A stretch of 32,000 nucleotides of DNA from Alkalilimnicola ehrlichii MLHE-1 (GTDB taxonomy: Bacteria > Pseudomonadota > Gammaproteobacteria > Nitrococcales > Halorhodospiraceae). Made by a program: the position numbers and the translations under genes. The DNA is taken from NCBI RefSeq assembly GCF_000014785.1, contig NC_008340.1, positions 2,520,001 through 2,552,000 on the forward strand, given 5' to 3'. The notes below the pieces were generated by a model, which saw only the letters and a list, made by a program, of their open reading frames with translations, had not been told where the DNA came from and searched no databases. Shown here in pieces: positions 1-11,915 of this stretch (position 1 is the first letter of the stretch; every line of letters begins with the position of its first letter).

Positions 1-207
1 CCCGGGGATATCATCACCCACATCGAGGGCGAACCGGCGGCCGATGCCCAGGCGCTGCTGGAGCGGGTCACCGACAAGCGGCCCGGGAGCGAGCTGCGGC
101 TGGATCTGCTGCGGGATGGCGAGGCGCGCACGGTCACCGTGGCGGTGGGAGAACGCCCGGCCCAGGACGAGCGGCAGCCGGCCCCACGGCAGCCGCGGTT
201 ACCCTGA
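1..207 (+). CDS. 3' end of a trypsin-like periplasmic serine protease (C-terminal PDZ domain, DegS/AlgW-like); 5' part lies outside the window
   Basis: Frame +1 is open from base 1 to TGA at 205-207. It translates to PGDIITHIEGEPAADAQALLERVTDKRPGSELRLDLLRDGEARTVTVAVGERP..., which resembles the C-terminal PDZ of DegS/AlgW. The position next to hisC matches the algW-hisC1 arrangement I recall from Pseudomonas. Confidence 0.7.
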   Translation, partial: PGDIITHIEGEPAADAQALLERVTDKRPGSELRLDLLRDGEARTVTVAVGERPAQDERQPAPRQPRLP

Positions 208-1296
208 CAGCACCTGGCCCAGCGCCGCCAGGAAGCGGGCGTTTTCCTCCGGCCGGCCCACCGTCACCCGCAGGCAGTCGGCGAGCTGCGGGTGACTACC
301 GTCCAGGTTCTTGATCAGCACGCCGTGCTCCCGCAGCCCGCTGTGCACCCGGCCGGCGGCCCCGGCCGGGCCCCGGAAGGTGAGGAAGTTGGCCTCGCTG
401 GGCCAGACCCGTTCCACCCCGGGAATGGCCGCCAGCCCTTCGGCCAAACGCCCGCGCTCGGCCACGATGGCGGCCACGCTGCGCTCGAGTTGCTCGCGGT
501 GATCCAGCGCAAAGTTGGCACTGGCCTGGGTAAGGGCACTGATGTTGTAGGGCAGGCGCAGTTTCTCCAGTTCCTCAAGCCAGTCCGGGTGGCCGGCCAC
601 CAGGCCCAGGCGCAGGCCGGCCAGCCCCACCTTGGAGACGGTGCGCATCACCAGCAGGTTGGGATAGGCCAGCACATCGGGCAGGAAGCTGTCGTTGGCG
701 AAGGCGTAGTAGGCCTCGTCCACCACCACCAGGCCTGGGGCCTCGTGGATCACGCGGGCCAGGGCGTCGCGATTAAAGGCATTGCCGGTGGGGTTGTTGG
801 GATAGGCAATATAGACCACCGCCGGCTGCACCTCCCGCAGCGCCGCCCGCATGGCCGTCTCGTCCAGCTCAAAGTCCTCGGCCAGCGGCACCTCGCGGTA
901 GCCCAGGCCGCTGTTGACCGCGATGATGCGGTACATGGCGAAACCCGGCCCCGGGGTGAGCACGACCCGGCCGGGCCCCGCCACCAGGAGGTTGATGAGC
1001 AGGATCAACTCATCCGAGCCGTTGCCGAGCATGAGCGCGGCCCCCTCCGGGATGCCCATGGCCGCGCGCAGCCGGGCCTTCAGTTCGCCGGCCCCGGCGT
1101 CGGGATAGCGGTTGAGCGGCACCTCCGACAGCGCTGCCTGCCAGGCCTCGACCAGTTCCCCGGGCCAGGGCCAGGGGTTCTCCATGGCGTCCAGCTTGAT
1201 CACGTCCGCCGGTGGCGGCACGTGGTAGGCGCTCAGCGCCCGCACCTCCGGGCGCACCCAAGCGTCGATCAGGGCGCTGCGTGAGGAACGGCTCAC
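199..1296 (-). CDS. hisC: histidinol-phosphate aminotransferase
   Basis: 365-aa ORF with class-II aminotransferase features (NPTGN, the SK lysine region [13 protein letters not shown]). The GTG start overlaps the hisD stop (GTGA). Lies in a his cluster. Confidence 0.9.
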   Translation of the reverse strand: MSRSSRSALIDAWVRPEVRALSAYHVPPPADVIKLDAMENPWPWPGELVEAWQAALSEVPLNRYPDAGAGELKARLRAAMGIPEGAALMLGNGSDELILLINLLVAGPGRVVLTPGPGFAMYRIIAVNSGLGYREVPLAEDFELDETAMRAALREVQPAVVYIAYPNNPTGNAFNRDALARVIHEAPGLVVVDEAYYAFANDSFLPDVLAYPNLLVMRTVSKVGLAGLRLGLVAGHPDWLEELEKLRLPYNISALTQASANFALDHREQLERSVAAIVAERGRLAEGLAAIPGVERVWPSEANFLTFRGPAGAAGRVHSGLREHGVLIKNLDGSHPQLADCLRVTVGRPEENARFLAALGQVLSG

Positions 1297-2609
1297 TGTC
1301 CGCCCTCCCCGTCCTCCACCCGCAGCTCCGCGGAGCGGGCGTGGGCGGTCAACCCCTCGCCACGGGCCAGCACGCTGGCCACCCGGCCCAGCTTCACCGC
1401 CCCGGCCGGCGAGCAGTTGATCAGGCTGCTGCGCTTCTGGAAGTCATACACCCCCAGCGGCGAGGCAAAGCGGGCCGTGCGCGAGGTGGGTAGCACGTGG
1501 TTCGGCCCGGCGCAGTAATCGCCCAGGGCCTCCGCGGTGTAGCGGCCCAGGAAGATGGCGCCGGCGTGGCGGATGTAGCCGGCCAGCTTCTCCGGCTCGG
1601 CCACCGACAGCTCCAAGTGCTCCGGGGCGATGCGGTTGGCCACCTCGGCCGCCTCATGCAGGTCGCGCACGTTGATCAACGCACCGCGCTTTGCCAGCGC
1701 GGTGCGGATGATGTCCGAGCGCTCCATCTCCGGCAGACCGTTCTCCATGGCCGTCTGCACCTGGTCCAGGAACATCGGATCCGGAGAGACCAGGATGGCC
1801 TGGGCCTCCTCGTCGTGCTCGGCCTGGGAGAAGAGGTCCTGGGCGATCCACTCCGGATCGGTCTGGCCGTCGCAGATGACCAGGATCTCGGAGGGGCCGG
1901 CGATCATGTCGATGCCCACCACGCCGAAGACGCGGCGCTTGGCCTCGGCCACAAAGGCGTTGCCGGGGCCGACGATCTTATCCACGGCGGGGATGGTCTC
2001 GGTGCCGTAGGCCAGCGCCCCCACCGCCTGTGCCCCGCCCACGGTGAACACCCGGTCCACCCCGGCAATGGCGGCGGCGGCCAGCACCATCTCGTTGGGC
2101 TCTCCCCCCGGGGCCGGTACCACCATGACGATTTGCTCGACGCCGGCCACCTTTGCCGGCACCACATTCATCAGCACCGACGACGGGTAGGCGGCCTTGC
2201 CCCCGGGCACGTAGACGCCGACGCTGTCCAGCGGGGTCACCTGCTGGCCCAGCACGGTGCCGTCCTCCTCGGTGTAGGACCAGCCCGCCATCTTCTGCCG
2301 CTCGGCATAGCGGCGGATCCTATCGGCGGCCTCGTGGAGGGCATTGCGCTGCTCGCCGGGCAGTTTGTCCAGGGCCTGCTTGAGCCGGGCGGCCGGCACC
2401 TCGAGCTCGGCCACGCTCTGCGCCTGGCTGCGGTCGAAGCGGCGGGTGTAGTCGAGCACGGCCTGATCGCCACGATGGCGCACCTCGTGCAGGATCTCCG
2501 CCACGGTCGCTTCCAGTTCCCCGCCCACGTGGGCGTCCCAGCTCACCAGCTTTTCCAACTCGGTGTCGAAATCGGGTTGCTTGGTGCTGAGGCGGTTTAT
2601 CTCGAACAT
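1293..2609 (-). CDS. hisD: histidinol dehydrogenase
   Basis: 438-aa ORF with typical HisD motifs ([32 protein letters not shown]). Confidence 0.95.
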   Translation of the reverse strand: MFEINRLSTKQPDFDTELEKLVSWDAHVGGELEATVAEILHEVRHRGDQAVLDYTRRFDRSQAQSVAELEVPAARLKQALDKLPGEQRNALHEAADRIRRYAERQKMAGWSYTEEDGTVLGQQVTPLDSVGVYVPGGKAAYPSSVLMNVVPAKVAGVEQIVMVVPAPGGEPNEMVLAAAAIAGVDRVFTVGGAQAVGALAYGTETIPAVDKIVGPGNAFVAEAKRRVFGVVGIDMIAGPSEILVICDGQTDPEWIAQDLFSQAEHDEEAQAILVSPDPMFLDQVQTAMENGLPEMERSDIIRTALAKRGALINVRDLHEAAEVANRIAPEHLELSVAEPEKLAGYIRHAGAIFLGRYTAEALGDYCAGPNHVLPTSRTARFASPLGVYDFQKRSSLINCSPAGAVKLGRVASVLARGEGLTAHARSAELRVEDGEGGQ

Positions 2610-2669
2610 GTTGACCTCGGGCTTGCGCTTGCCGGTTGCGCGATTGCGGTTGTCGGCGACGGCCCCCGC

Positions 2670-3317
2670 CTAGGCGCGGCGGGCCTCCACGGCCTCTGCC
2701 AGCTGGCCCAACAGGGCCTTGATGCGGCGATGCTTCATCTTCATGGAGGCCTTGTTGACCACCAGCCGGGAGCTGATGTCGGTGATGTGCTCCAGCGGCT
2801 CCAGGCCATTGGCACGGAGGGTGTTGCCGGTGTCCACCAGGTCCACGATGACATCGCCCAGGCCCACCAGCGGCGCCAGCTCCATGGAGCCGTAGAGCTT
2901 GATCAGTTCCACCTGCCGCCCCTGCTCCGCGTAGTAGCGGCGAGCGATATTGACGAACTTGGTGGCCACCCGCAGCCGGCCGGGGCGCTCATTGGCGCCG
3001 GGATGGCCGGCCACCATCATCCGACAGCGGGCGATATTCAGGTCCAACGGCTCGTAGAGACCGTTGCTGCCGTACTCCATGAGCACGTCCTTGCCGGCCA
3101 CCCCCAGGTCGGCGCCGCCGTGTTCCACGAAGGGCGGCACATCGGTGGCGCGGACCACGATCACCCGCACCCCGGGCACCGTGGTCTCGAAGATGAGCTT
3201 GCGGCTGCGCTCCGGATCCTCGGTGAGGCGGATACCGCAGTCGGCCAGCAACGGCAGCGTGTCATCCAGGATGCGGCCCTTGGAGAGGGCCAGCGTCAGG
3301 GTCTCGGCGTCGGACAT
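2670..3317 (-). CDS. hisG: ATP phosphoribosyltransferase, short (HisZ-dependent) form
   Basis: 215-aa ORF ([16 protein letters not shown]..., [14 protein letters not shown]). Its length fits the short HisG class. Confidence 0.92.
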
Positions 3318-3347
3318 GGTGGTTGCGTCCAGCTTGTTCGGTCCCGG

Positions 3348-4854
<1,507 letters not shown>

Positions 4855-4971
4855 ATCTCCAACCCCGTTCGGGACTATCGGTTCGGCGGCACACCGCCAG
4901 GAAGCCCGGCAGTATAACGCGAGCAGGCCGTCAGGCAGAAACCCGACGCCCCGACCGCCGGCAACGGGGCG

Positions 4972-5301
4972 CTAGGCCTTCTCCGGGGCCAGCTGCAGGA
5001 AATCCGCCAGGCCGCTGAGCCGCGCCATGGCGCGCAGTTGTTCCGGGAAATGGCAGAAACGGATGGCCTGGTCATGCTGGGCGGCGCGGCGGGTCAGGGC
5101 CACCAGCAAGGCCAGACCGGCGCTGTCGGTGCGGGCCACCGCGCCCAAGTCCAGCTCCACATCGCCGCTGCCGCGGAAGAGGCGCTCCGCCTCGGCCCAG
5201 AGGCCGGGCACGGTCTCGAAGCTCAGATCACCGCTGAGCTGGAAGCGCCCGGCCTCCCCGGTCGATTCCAGCTGCGCCTGCTTCCCTCCGGCCCGACTCA
5301 T
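4972..5301 (-). CDS. mlaB: STAS-domain lipid-asymmetry maintenance protein MlaB-like
   Basis: 109-aa ORF with anti-sigma-antagonist/STAS-like sequence (LDLGAVARTDSAGLALLVAL). Its start overlaps the mlaC stop by 4 bp. Confidence 0.75.
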   Translation of the reverse strand: MSRAGGKQAQLESTGEAGRFQLSGDLSFETVPGLWAEAERLFRGSGDVELDLGAVARTDSAGLALLVALTRRAAQHDQAIRFCHFPEQLRAMARLSGLADFLQLAPEKA

Positions 5302-5921
5302 TCCAGCCCGGCCTCCTCGTTACGCGCCTCCATCCGGGCGACCTCCTCCTCCAGGGTGCGGTCGCGCAGCCGGCTGCGGAAATCCTCGCGGTAGTTCTGC
5401 ACCAGGCTGATGCCCTCGGCGGTGAGGTTGATCAGCCGCCAATGACCATCGTCCTGGCGCTCCATCTCGTAGATCACCCGCGCCGGGCTGCCGCTGCCGG
5501 TGTGGATGTCCATGCCCACCTGGGCCACGTTCTCCCGGGCGGGATCGCGACGGACGCCGAGAACACGCACCTCCAGGCCACGGTACTCGCCGATGGTGCT
5601 GCCGTAGGTGCGCACCAGACTGCGCTGGAAGGCGGTGACGAAGCGCGCCTGCAGCTCCGGCTCCGCCCGCCGCCAGTGCGGCCCCAGGATCAGTTCCGCC
5701 ACCCGCTCCACCGCCACATGGGGGCCGACGATGGGCTCTAAGGCCTCGTACAGCGCCACGCGATCCTCGAGCAGCTCGTCGGCCTGCTCCTCCAGCAGAT
5801 CCAACACATCCTGGGTCACCTGCTCCACCACCTGGCGGGGGCCCGGTGGCGCGTCAGCCAGGGCCGGCAGGGTCCAGACCAGCAGCACCAGGGCCGTCAA
5901 TAGGGATTTGAACACACGCAT
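5298..5921 (-). CDS. mlaC: phospholipid-binding periplasmic protein MlaC (Ttg2D family)
   Basis: Signal-peptide-like N-terminus MRVFKSLLTALVLLVWTLPALA. I chose the ATG at 5921, which has a GGGAGA SD 6 nt upstream, over the TTG at 5939 used by the ORF track. Confidence 0.85.
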   Translation of the reverse strand: MRVFKSLLTALVLLVWTLPALADAPPGPRQVVEQVTQDVLDLLEEQADELLEDRVALYEALEPIVGPHVAVERVAELILGPHWRRAEPELQARFVTAFQRSLVRTYGSTIGEYRGLEVRVLGVRRDPARENVAQVGMDIHTGSGSPARVIYEMERQDDGHWRLINLTAEGISLVQNYREDFRSRLRDRTLEEEVARMEARNEEAGLE

Positions 5922-5935
5922 AATGGGTCTCCCGT

Positions 5936-6397
5936 TCAATCGTCGCCCAGGCTGTAGAGGAATTGCCCGAGGATGCGTTCCAGCACCACGGCGGACTGGG
6001 TGCTGGTGATCTGGTCGCCGGCGGCGAGGTAGTCCTCCTCCCAGCCCGGATCCAGGCTCACGTATTGCTCACCGAGCAGCCCGGAGGTATAGATCGCGGC
6101 CGTGCTGTCGGCGGGGATCCGGTCGAAACGGCTATCCAGCCCCAACACGACCCGGGCCCGGTAACTCTGTGCATCCAGCTCGATGGCCTTGACCTGGCCG
6201 ACCCGCACCCCGGCCATGTTCACCGGCGCCTTCTCGCGCAGCCCGCCGACGTTATCGAAGTGGGCGGTGACCTCGTAACTGGGGCGATCCCGGAACTCCG
6301 CCAGGCCACTGACCTCCAGCGCCAGCAGGAACATCGCTCCCAGCCCTAGGGCCACAAACACCCCTACCCAAAGCTCCATGGTTCGCGTCGATTGCAT
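5936..6397 (-). CDS. mlaD: outer-membrane lipid asymmetry protein MlaD (MCE domain)
   Basis: 153-aa ORF with an N-terminal TM helix plus an MCE-like domain. Fits the mlaFEDCB gene order. Confidence 0.87.
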   Translation of the reverse strand: MQSTRTMELWVGVFVALGLGAMFLLALEVSGLAEFRDRPSYEVTAHFDNVGGLREKAPVNMAGVRVGQVKAIELDAQSYRARVVLGLDSRFDRIPADSTAAIYTSGLLGEQYVSLDPGWEEDYLAAGDQITSTQSAVVLERILGQFLYSLGDD

Positions 6398-6427
6398 TAT
6401 TGATCCCGGATCGTCGGTCGGTTGTTA

Positions 6428-7207
6428 TCAGTCGAACATCAGGGCGGTGAGCAGGAAGTCCAGCCCCAGTACGGCCAGCGAGGCGTGCACCACGCCGTGG
6501 GTGGTGGCCCGGCTCACACCCTCGGAAGTGGGCACGGCCTCATAACCTTTGTAGAGGGCGATCCAGCCCACCACAATGCCGAAGACCACACTCTTGATGA
6601 CCCCGTTCAGCACATCGTCGCTGAAGCTCACCGCGGACTGCATGTTGCCCCAGTACGCCCCGCCATCGAGCCCTATCAATCCTACAGACACCAGATAGCC
6701 ACCGTAGATCCCCACCAGGCTGAAAATACCCGCCAGCAGGGGCACGGCAACCACGCAGGCAAGGAAACGCGGGGCGATCACCCGCAGCTCCGGGTCCACG
6801 GCCATCATCTCCATACTGGAGAGCTGTTCGGTGGCCTTCATCAGCCCCACCTCGGCGGTGAGTGAGGACCCGGCCCGCCCGGCAAACAGCAGCGCGGTCA
6901 CCACCGGCCCCAGCTCGCGCAGCAGCGAGAGCGCCACCAGCACGCCCACCGACTCGGCGGCGCCGAAATCCACCAGGGTGTAGTAGCCCTGCAGCGCCAG
7001 CACCATGCCGACGAACAGCCCGGAGACCACGATGATCACCAGCGAGAGCACGCCCACGGCGTAGAGCTGCTGAATGATGTAGCGCGGCTGGGCCAGCACC
7101 CGCAGCAGCCCGGCCAGCAGGCGGAACATGAGCAGATGGGCCCGGCCCACGCCGCCGAGGGCAGCCAGGGTGCGGGCACCGAGGTTGCGAAAGGCTGCGG
7201 TAATCAT
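6428..7207 (-). CDS. mlaE: ABC transporter permease MlaE
   Basis: 259-aa multi-TM ORF. Its start overlaps the mlaF stop by 4 bp. Confidence 0.9.
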   Translation of the reverse strand: MITAAFRNLGARTLAALGGVGRAHLLMFRLLAGLLRVLAQPRYIIQQLYAVGVLSLVIIVVSGLFVGMVLALQGYYTLVDFGAAESVGVLVALSLLRELGPVVTALLFAGRAGSSLTAEVGLMKATEQLSSMEMMAVDPELRVIAPRFLACVVAVPLLAGIFSLVGIYGGYLVSVGLIGLDGGAYWGNMQSAVSFSDDVLNGVIKSVVFGIVVGWIALYKGYEAVPTSEGVSRATTHGVVHASLAVLGLDFLLTALMFD

Positions 7208-8034
7208 CGTCCCGGACGCTCCAGCAGGTCTTCAGCCAGGGTGCGACCGGGGTAATGGAAGGGCACCGGGCCGTCCGGCGCCCCGTCGAGGAACTGGCGC
7301 AACCAGGCGTTATCACTGTGGTGCAGCGCCTCCGGCGGGCCTTCGGCCACCACCTCCCCCCCGGAGAGCACATAGGCGTAGTCGGCGATGCTCAGGGTCT
7401 CCGCCACATCGTGGGAGACCACCACCGAGGTCAGCCCCAGGGCATCGTTGAGCCGGCGGATGAGGTCCACCAACACGCCCATGGTGATCGGATCCTGTCC
7501 GGTGAAGGGCTCGTCATACATCACCAGGTGCGGGTCCAGGGCAATGGCGCGGGCCATGGCCACGCGCCGGGCCATGCCCCCGGAGAGTTCCGCCGGCATC
7601 AGTCCGCGGGCACCGCGCAGGCCCACCGCCTCCAGCTTCATCAGGACCAGGTCCCGCACCAGCGGCTCGGGCAGGCGGGTGTGCTCCCGGATGGGGTAGG
7701 CCACGTTTTCAAAGACGTTCAGGTCGGTGAACAGCGCCCCGCTCTGAAACAGCATGCCCATGCGCCGGCGCAGCCGGTAGAGCTCGGCGCGGCGCAGCCG
7801 GTGCACATCCTCGCCCTCCACCGTAATCTGGCCGGCGGCGGGCTGGAGCTGCCCCCCAATCAGTTTCAGCAGGGTGGTCTTGCCGGTACCGCTCGGTCCC
7901 ATGATGGCCGTGACCTGGCCCTGGCGGATGTCCAGATCCACGCCATTGAAAATAGGCCGGCCACCGCGGCTGAAATGCAGTCCGCGCACCTGGGCCAAGA
8001 CCGGTTTATCACTCGTTTCCTGCACTGGAGACAT
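7204..8034 (-). CDS. mlaF: ABC transporter ATP-binding protein MlaF
   Basis: Walker [13 protein letters not shown] signature [14 protein letters not shown], Walker B VMYDEP. Confidence 0.92.
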   Translation of the reverse strand: MSPVQETSDKPVLAQVRGLHFSRGGRPIFNGVDLDIRQGQVTAIMGPSGTGKTTLLKLIGGQLQPAAGQITVEGEDVHRLRRAELYRLRRRMGMLFQSGALFTDLNVFENVAYPIREHTRLPEPLVRDLVLMKLEAVGLRGARGLMPAELSGGMARRVAMARAIALDPHLVMYDEPFTGQDPITMGVLVDLIRRLNDALGLTSVVVSHDVAETLSIADYAYVLSGGEVVAEGPPEALHHSDNAWLRQFLDGAPDGPVPFHYPGRTLAEDLLERPGR

Positions 8035-8212
8035 CCTTGACCGCTGCCCGTCCCGCCCCCGATGGCGGGGCGTCGAAGCGCCCCCGCACGGCCGCGGGTT
8101 TTTACCATAGAATGCCGCAGTATCCGATCAACCCCGGCGCCGGTCAAACATAGCGCCGCCCGGGTCGGCATCCCCCTCACCCCTCGCACCCCATTGGCAT
8201 TAGAATGCGCCC

Positions 8213-9196
8213 ATGTTGCTGCAGATCATCCTATTGGGGCTCAGCTTCGCCCTGCTCGCCTGGAGCGCCGACCGCTTCGTGCTCGGGGCCTCGGCCACGG
8301 CGGCGCTGCTGGGCCTCTCACCGCTGTTGGTGGGGCTGACCATCGTCGCCTTCGGCACCTCGGCGCCGGAGCTGCTGGTCTCGGCGCTGGCGGCACTGGC
8401 CGGTAGCCCGGGCCTGGCGGTGGGCAATGCCATCGGCTCCAACATCGCCAACATGGGCCTGATCCTGGGCCTGACGGCGCTGTTCGCCCCGCTGCTGATC
8501 CGTGGCCGCATCCTGCAGCGGGAGGTGCCGGCCATGGCCCTGGTCATGCTCGGCACCTGGCTGCTGATGCTCAACGGCCGGCTGGACCGGCCCGAGGGGA
8601 TCGCGCTGCTGGCCGGGCTGGTGGCGCTTACCGCCTGGCTCGCCTGGATCATCCGCCGCAGCAACGGAAATGGCGCTGACGCCGCCCTGGTCGCGCCGGT
8701 GAACGGCCTGCCGGAAGACGCCCCCACCCGGCTGCCCCGTGCCCTGCTCTGGCTGCTGCTCGGCTTGGTGGTGCTGCTGATCAGCGCCCAGACCGCCGTC
8801 TGGGCCGCCACCGGCCTGGCGGAGCGGGCCGGGGTGGCCGAGACCGTGGTGGGGTTGACCCTGGTTGCGGTGGGCACCAGCCTGCCCGAGCTGGCCACCT
8901 GCCTCGCAGCCGCCCGCCGCAGCCAGGGCGATATTGCCATCGGCAATATCATCGGCTCCAATATATTTAACCTGCTCGGCGTACTCGGCCTGGCCGCCAC
9001 GCTGCGCCCGGTGGCCCTGGAGCCCGGCATCCTGAGCCGGGATTATGCCACCATGGCCGGCATCACCCTGATCTTCTTCCTGCTCAGCCATGGCCTGCGC
9101 CAACGCGGCCACGTGGGCCGGGCCGCCGGGGCCTTCCTGGTGCTGCTTTGGGTGGCCTGGCTGGTCTGGCTGGGCCTGGACAATCTGGGGCCGTAA
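8213..9196 (+). CDS. yrbG: Ca2+/Na+ antiporter family inner-membrane protein (YrbG-like)
   Basis: 327-aa ORF. The N-terminus MLLQIILLGL...SADRFV and both alpha-repeats (GTSAPELLVS, GTSLPELATC...GNIIGSNIFN) parallel E. coli YrbG. Divergent from mlaF and upstream of kdsD, as in E. coli. Confidence 0.87.
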   Translation: MLLQIILLGLSFALLAWSADRFVLGASATAALLGLSPLLVGLTIVAFGTSAPELLVSALAALAGSPGLAVGNAIGSNIANMGLILGLTALFAPLLIRGRILQREVPAMALVMLGTWLLMLNGRLDRPEGIALLAGLVALTAWLAWIIRRSNGNGADAALVAPVNGLPEDAPTRLPRALLWLLLGLVVLLISAQTAVWAATGLAERAGVAETVVGLTLVAVGTSLPELATCLAAARRSQGDIAIGNIIGSNIFNLLGVLGLAATLRPVALEPGILSRDYATMAGITLIFFLLSHGLRQRGHVGRAAGAFLVLLWVAWLVWLGLDNLGP

Positions 9197-9228
9197 GCGC
9201 AAGACGCACGCCCCGCGGAGGACTGCTA

Positions 9229-10254
9229 ATGAACGCCCAAAAGACCCTGGTGGAGCGCCAGCGCCGCCAGCCCGGAGAACCGGCCAGCGACGAGCGCTTC
9301 CGGGCACTGGGCCAGGCCGTGCTCGAGCTGGAGGCCGATGCCGTGCGCACCCTGACCGAGCGGGTGGACGCCACCTTCGTCCGCGCCTGCCGCCACATGC
9401 TGGCCTGCCGCGGCCGGGTGGTGGTCACCGGCATGGGCAAGTCCGGCCACATCGCCGGCAAGATCGCCGCCACCCTCGCCAGCACCGGCACCCCGGCCTT
9501 CTTCGTGCATCCGGGCGAGGCCAGCCACGGCGACCTGGGCATGATCACCCGCGACGACGTGGTGCTGGCCCTGTCCAACTCCGGCGAGACCAACGAGATC
9601 ACCACCATCCTGCCGCTGATCCGGCGCCTGCACGTGCCCCTGATCGCGCTCACCGGGAACCCCGACTCCACCCTGGCCCGCGCCGCCGATGATCACCTGG
9701 ATGTCAGTGTCGCCCAGGAGGCCTGCCCGCTGGGCCTGGCCCCCACCGCCAGCACCACGGCGTCGCTGGCCATGGGCGACGCCCTGGCCATCGCCCTGCT
9801 GGAGGCCCGCGGCTTCACCGCCGACGATTTCGCCCGCTCCCACCCCGGCGGCCGCCTGGGCCGGCGCCTGCTGCTGCTGGTGGAGGACGTGATGCACACC
9901 GGGACGCGCATCCCGCGGGTGGGCGAGGACACACCGCTGGCCGAGGCCCTGCTGGAGATCACCCGCAAGGGCCTGGGCATGACCGCCATCGTTGACGGCG
10001 ACGACCGTATCCTGGGCGTGTTCACCGACGGCGACCTGCGCCGCTGCCTGGACCAGGGCCTGGACATCCATCGGCTGCGGGTGGGCGAGGTGATGACCCG
10101 GGGCGGGCGCACGGTACGCCCGGACGCGCTGGCCGCCGAGGCCCTGGAGCTGATGGAAAGCCACCGCATCAACGCCCTGCTGGTCACCGATGACGGCCAG
10201 CGGCTGCTCGGTGCCCTCAACATGCACGACCTGTTGCGCGCCGGTGTCGTGTAA
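9229..10254 (+). CDS. kdsD: arabinose-5-phosphate isomerase (SIS domain plus two CBS domains)
   Basis: Starts at the ATG at 9229 with a GGAGGA SD upstream; the longer ORF-track start at 9148 would overlap yrbG. Contains the SIS motif VTGMGKSGHIAGKIAATLASTGTPAFF. Confidence 0.92.
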   Translation: MNAQKTLVERQRRQPGEPASDERFRALGQAVLELEADAVRTLTERVDATFVRACRHMLACRGRVVVTGMGKSGHIAGKIAATLASTGTPAFFVHPGEASHGDLGMITRDDVVLALSNSGETNEITTILPLIRRLHVPLIALTGNPDSTLARAADDHLDVSVAQEACPLGLAPTASTTASLAMGDALAIALLEARGFTADDFARSHPGGRLGRRLLLLVEDVMHTGTRIPRVGEDTPLAEALLEITRKGLGMTAIVDGDDRILGVFTDGDLRRCLDQGLDIHRLRVGEVMTRGGRTVRPDALAAEALELMESHRINALLVTDDGQRLLGALNMHDLLRAGVV

Positions 10255-10263
10255 AGTGATGCC

Positions 10264-10839
10264 ATGAACGCGAATCCGGAGATCCGCCCCGGCTACCACG
10301 GCCAGGTCACCGACGCGGTGCTCGCCCGCGCCGCCGGGGTGCGCCTGCTGGTGCTCGACGTGGACGGCGTGCTCACCGACGGCAGCGTTTATATGGGCCA
10401 CGACGGCGAGCTGTGCAAGGGCTTCCACATCCACGACGGCAAGGGCATCCGGCTGCTGCAGCAGTCCGGCGTGGAGGTGGCATTGCTCACCGCCCGCCGC
10501 TCCCCGATCCTGGAACGGCGGGCGGCGGAGCTGGGGATCCAACAGCTCATCCAGGGCTCCGGGCGCAAGGGAATCGATCTCGAGCGGCTGCAGTCCGGGC
10601 TGGGCATCCCCGCCGAGGCCTGCGCCTACATGGGCGACGACCTGCAGGACCTGCCCGCCCTGCGCCGCTGCGGCCTGGCCGTGACCGTGGCCGACGGCCA
10701 TCCGCTGCTCACCCGGCACTGCCATTGGCAGACCCGGCGGCCGGGCGGCCGTGGCGCGGTGCGCGAGCTGTGCGAACTCATCCTCGCCGCCCGCGGCGAA
10801 CTCGACGCCCTGCTTCAGGCCCATGAAGACGCGGATTAA
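10264..10839 (+). CDS. kdsC: 3-deoxy-D-manno-octulosonate-8-phosphate phosphatase (HAD family)
   Basis: 191-aa ORF with the LVLDVDGVLTDG HAD motif and a GDDLQDLP motif. Confidence 0.9.
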   Translation: MNANPEIRPGYHGQVTDAVLARAAGVRLLVLDVDGVLTDGSVYMGHDGELCKGFHIHDGKGIRLLQQSGVEVALLTARRSPILERRAAELGIQQLIQGSGRKGIDLERLQSGLGIPAEACAYMGDDLQDLPALRRCGLAVTVADGHPLLTRHCHWQTRRPGGRGAVRELCELILAARGELDALLQAHEDAD

Positions 10840-11401
10840 CCCCCCCCGGCTGTTCACCCTCATCGCCGTGGGCCTGTTGATCGGCGTCGCCTGGCTGATC
10901 GCCGATCGTCCCGACCGCGAGCCGCCCCCCGACCCGGAGATCCCCACGCGCGAGCGGGCCGACTACTTCATGGAGGGGTTCACCATCCACGCTGCGGACG
11001 CGACGGGCCGCTGGCAGTACCGACTGAGCGCGGACGACCTCTACCACTTTCCCGAACGCGGGGTCTGGTCCTTCGCCCGGCCGGAGGTGGAGATGTTCGC
11101 CGAGGCCGGCGCCAATTGGTACGGTAGCGCGCCCCGGGGCAGCGCGTGGGACCAAGGCCAGCGGGTCCTGCTGCACGAGGAGGTCCGGTTCTGGCGACCC
11201 GAGAGCGCCGTCAACCGGCCGCTGGAACTGGAGACCCGCGAGCTGTGGTTCTACCCCGGTGACGACCGGGTGGAGACAGAGGCGCACGCCGTGCTACGCC
11301 AGGACACCTCCTACACCGAGGGCGTGGGGGCCCGAGCTTGGCTGGACCAGCAAAGGATCGAATTGCAATCCGAGGTCAGAGGACACCATGAACTGCCATA
11401 A
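10823..11401 (+). CDS. lptC: LPS export system protein LptC
   Basis: The internal ATG at 10823 gives MKTRINPPRLFTLIAVGLLIGVAWL (a TM anchor). It overlaps the kdsC end, and the gene order is kdsC-lptC-lptA-lptB. Confidence 0.8.
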   Translation: MKTRINPPRLFTLIAVGLLIGVAWLIADRPDREPPPDPEIPTRERADYFMEGFTIHAADATGRWQYRLSADDLYHFPERGVWSFARPEVEMFAEAGANWYGSAPRGSAWDQGQRVLLHEEVRFWRPESAVNRPLELETRELWFYPGDDRVETEAHAVLRQDTSYTEGVGARAWLDQQRIELQSEVRGHHELP

Positions 11402-11915
11402 CCGCGCCGCCACCTTGCTGGCCGGCCTGCTCTGTCTGCTGCTGGCCACCGGGGGGCAAGCCCGTACCCCCGACCGCGACCGGCCCATTGATCTGGAGGC
11501 CGACCGCGCCGAGATCGACAACGTCCGCGGCATCAGCACCTACACCGGCGCTGTCGTGTTGACCCAGGGCAGCCTGGTCATCACCGGCGATCGCATGGTT
11601 GTGCACACCCGCGACGTGGAGGGGCGCCGCGTTCTGGACCGGGTGGAGGTGGCGGGCGGCCCGGCCACCTACGAGCAACTGCCCCCGGGGCAAACCGACA
11701 CGGTGCATGCCGAAGCCCCGCGCATGGAGTACCACAGTCGCGGGCCGCAGCGCCTGCACCTGTCCGGAGGGGCCGAACTCTGGCAGCGGGAGAACCGCAT
11801 GTCCGGCGACGAGATCCGCGTCAATCTGGAGACCCAGGAGGCAGTGGTCGAGGGCCGGGAGGACCGGCGCACCCGCACCATCTTCTACCCGGCGGAGGAG
11901 CGGGACGAGGAATGA
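11388..11915 (+). CDS. lptA: LPS transport periplasmic protein LptA (OstA-like)
   Basis: The ATG at 11388 gives a signal peptide, [25 protein letters not shown]. Shows an OstA-like beta-jellyroll sequence. Confidence 0.85.
   Translation: MNCHNRAATLLAGLLCLLLATGGQARTPDRDRPIDLEADRAEIDNVRGISTYTGAVVLTQGSLVITGDRMVVHTRDVEGRRVLDRVEVAGGPATYEQLPPGQTDTVHAEAPRMEYHSRGPQRLHLSGGAELWQRENRMSGDEIRVNLETQEAVVEGREDRRTRTIFYPAEERDEE

Noticed and set aside
8193-8208. Sigma-54 type -24/-12 promoter (TTGGCATTAGAATGCG) upstream of yrbG
   Set aside because: The GG-to-GC spacing is one nucleotide shorter than in the TGGCAC-N5-TTGC consensus. The predicted transcription start would also fall inside the yrbG coding sequence.
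9148-9228. N-terminal extensions offered by the ORF track for kdsD and for several other genes
   Set aside because: The internal starts give N-termini collinear with known homologues and have SD sequences. The extensions overlap upstream genes or intergenic hairpins and are Arg/Pro-rich. Starts chosen in place of the ORF-track starts:
- kdsD: 9229 instead of 9148
- lptC: 10823 instead of 10751
- lptA: 11388 instead of 11259
- rpoN: 12790 instead of 12676
- hpf: 14320 instead of 14305
- ptsN: 14722 instead of 14680
- phaC: 21393 instead of 21486
- speD: 26158 instead of 26257
- OsmC-like gene: 26690 instead of 26702
- trpC: 28343 instead of 28517
- trpE: 31458 instead of 31548
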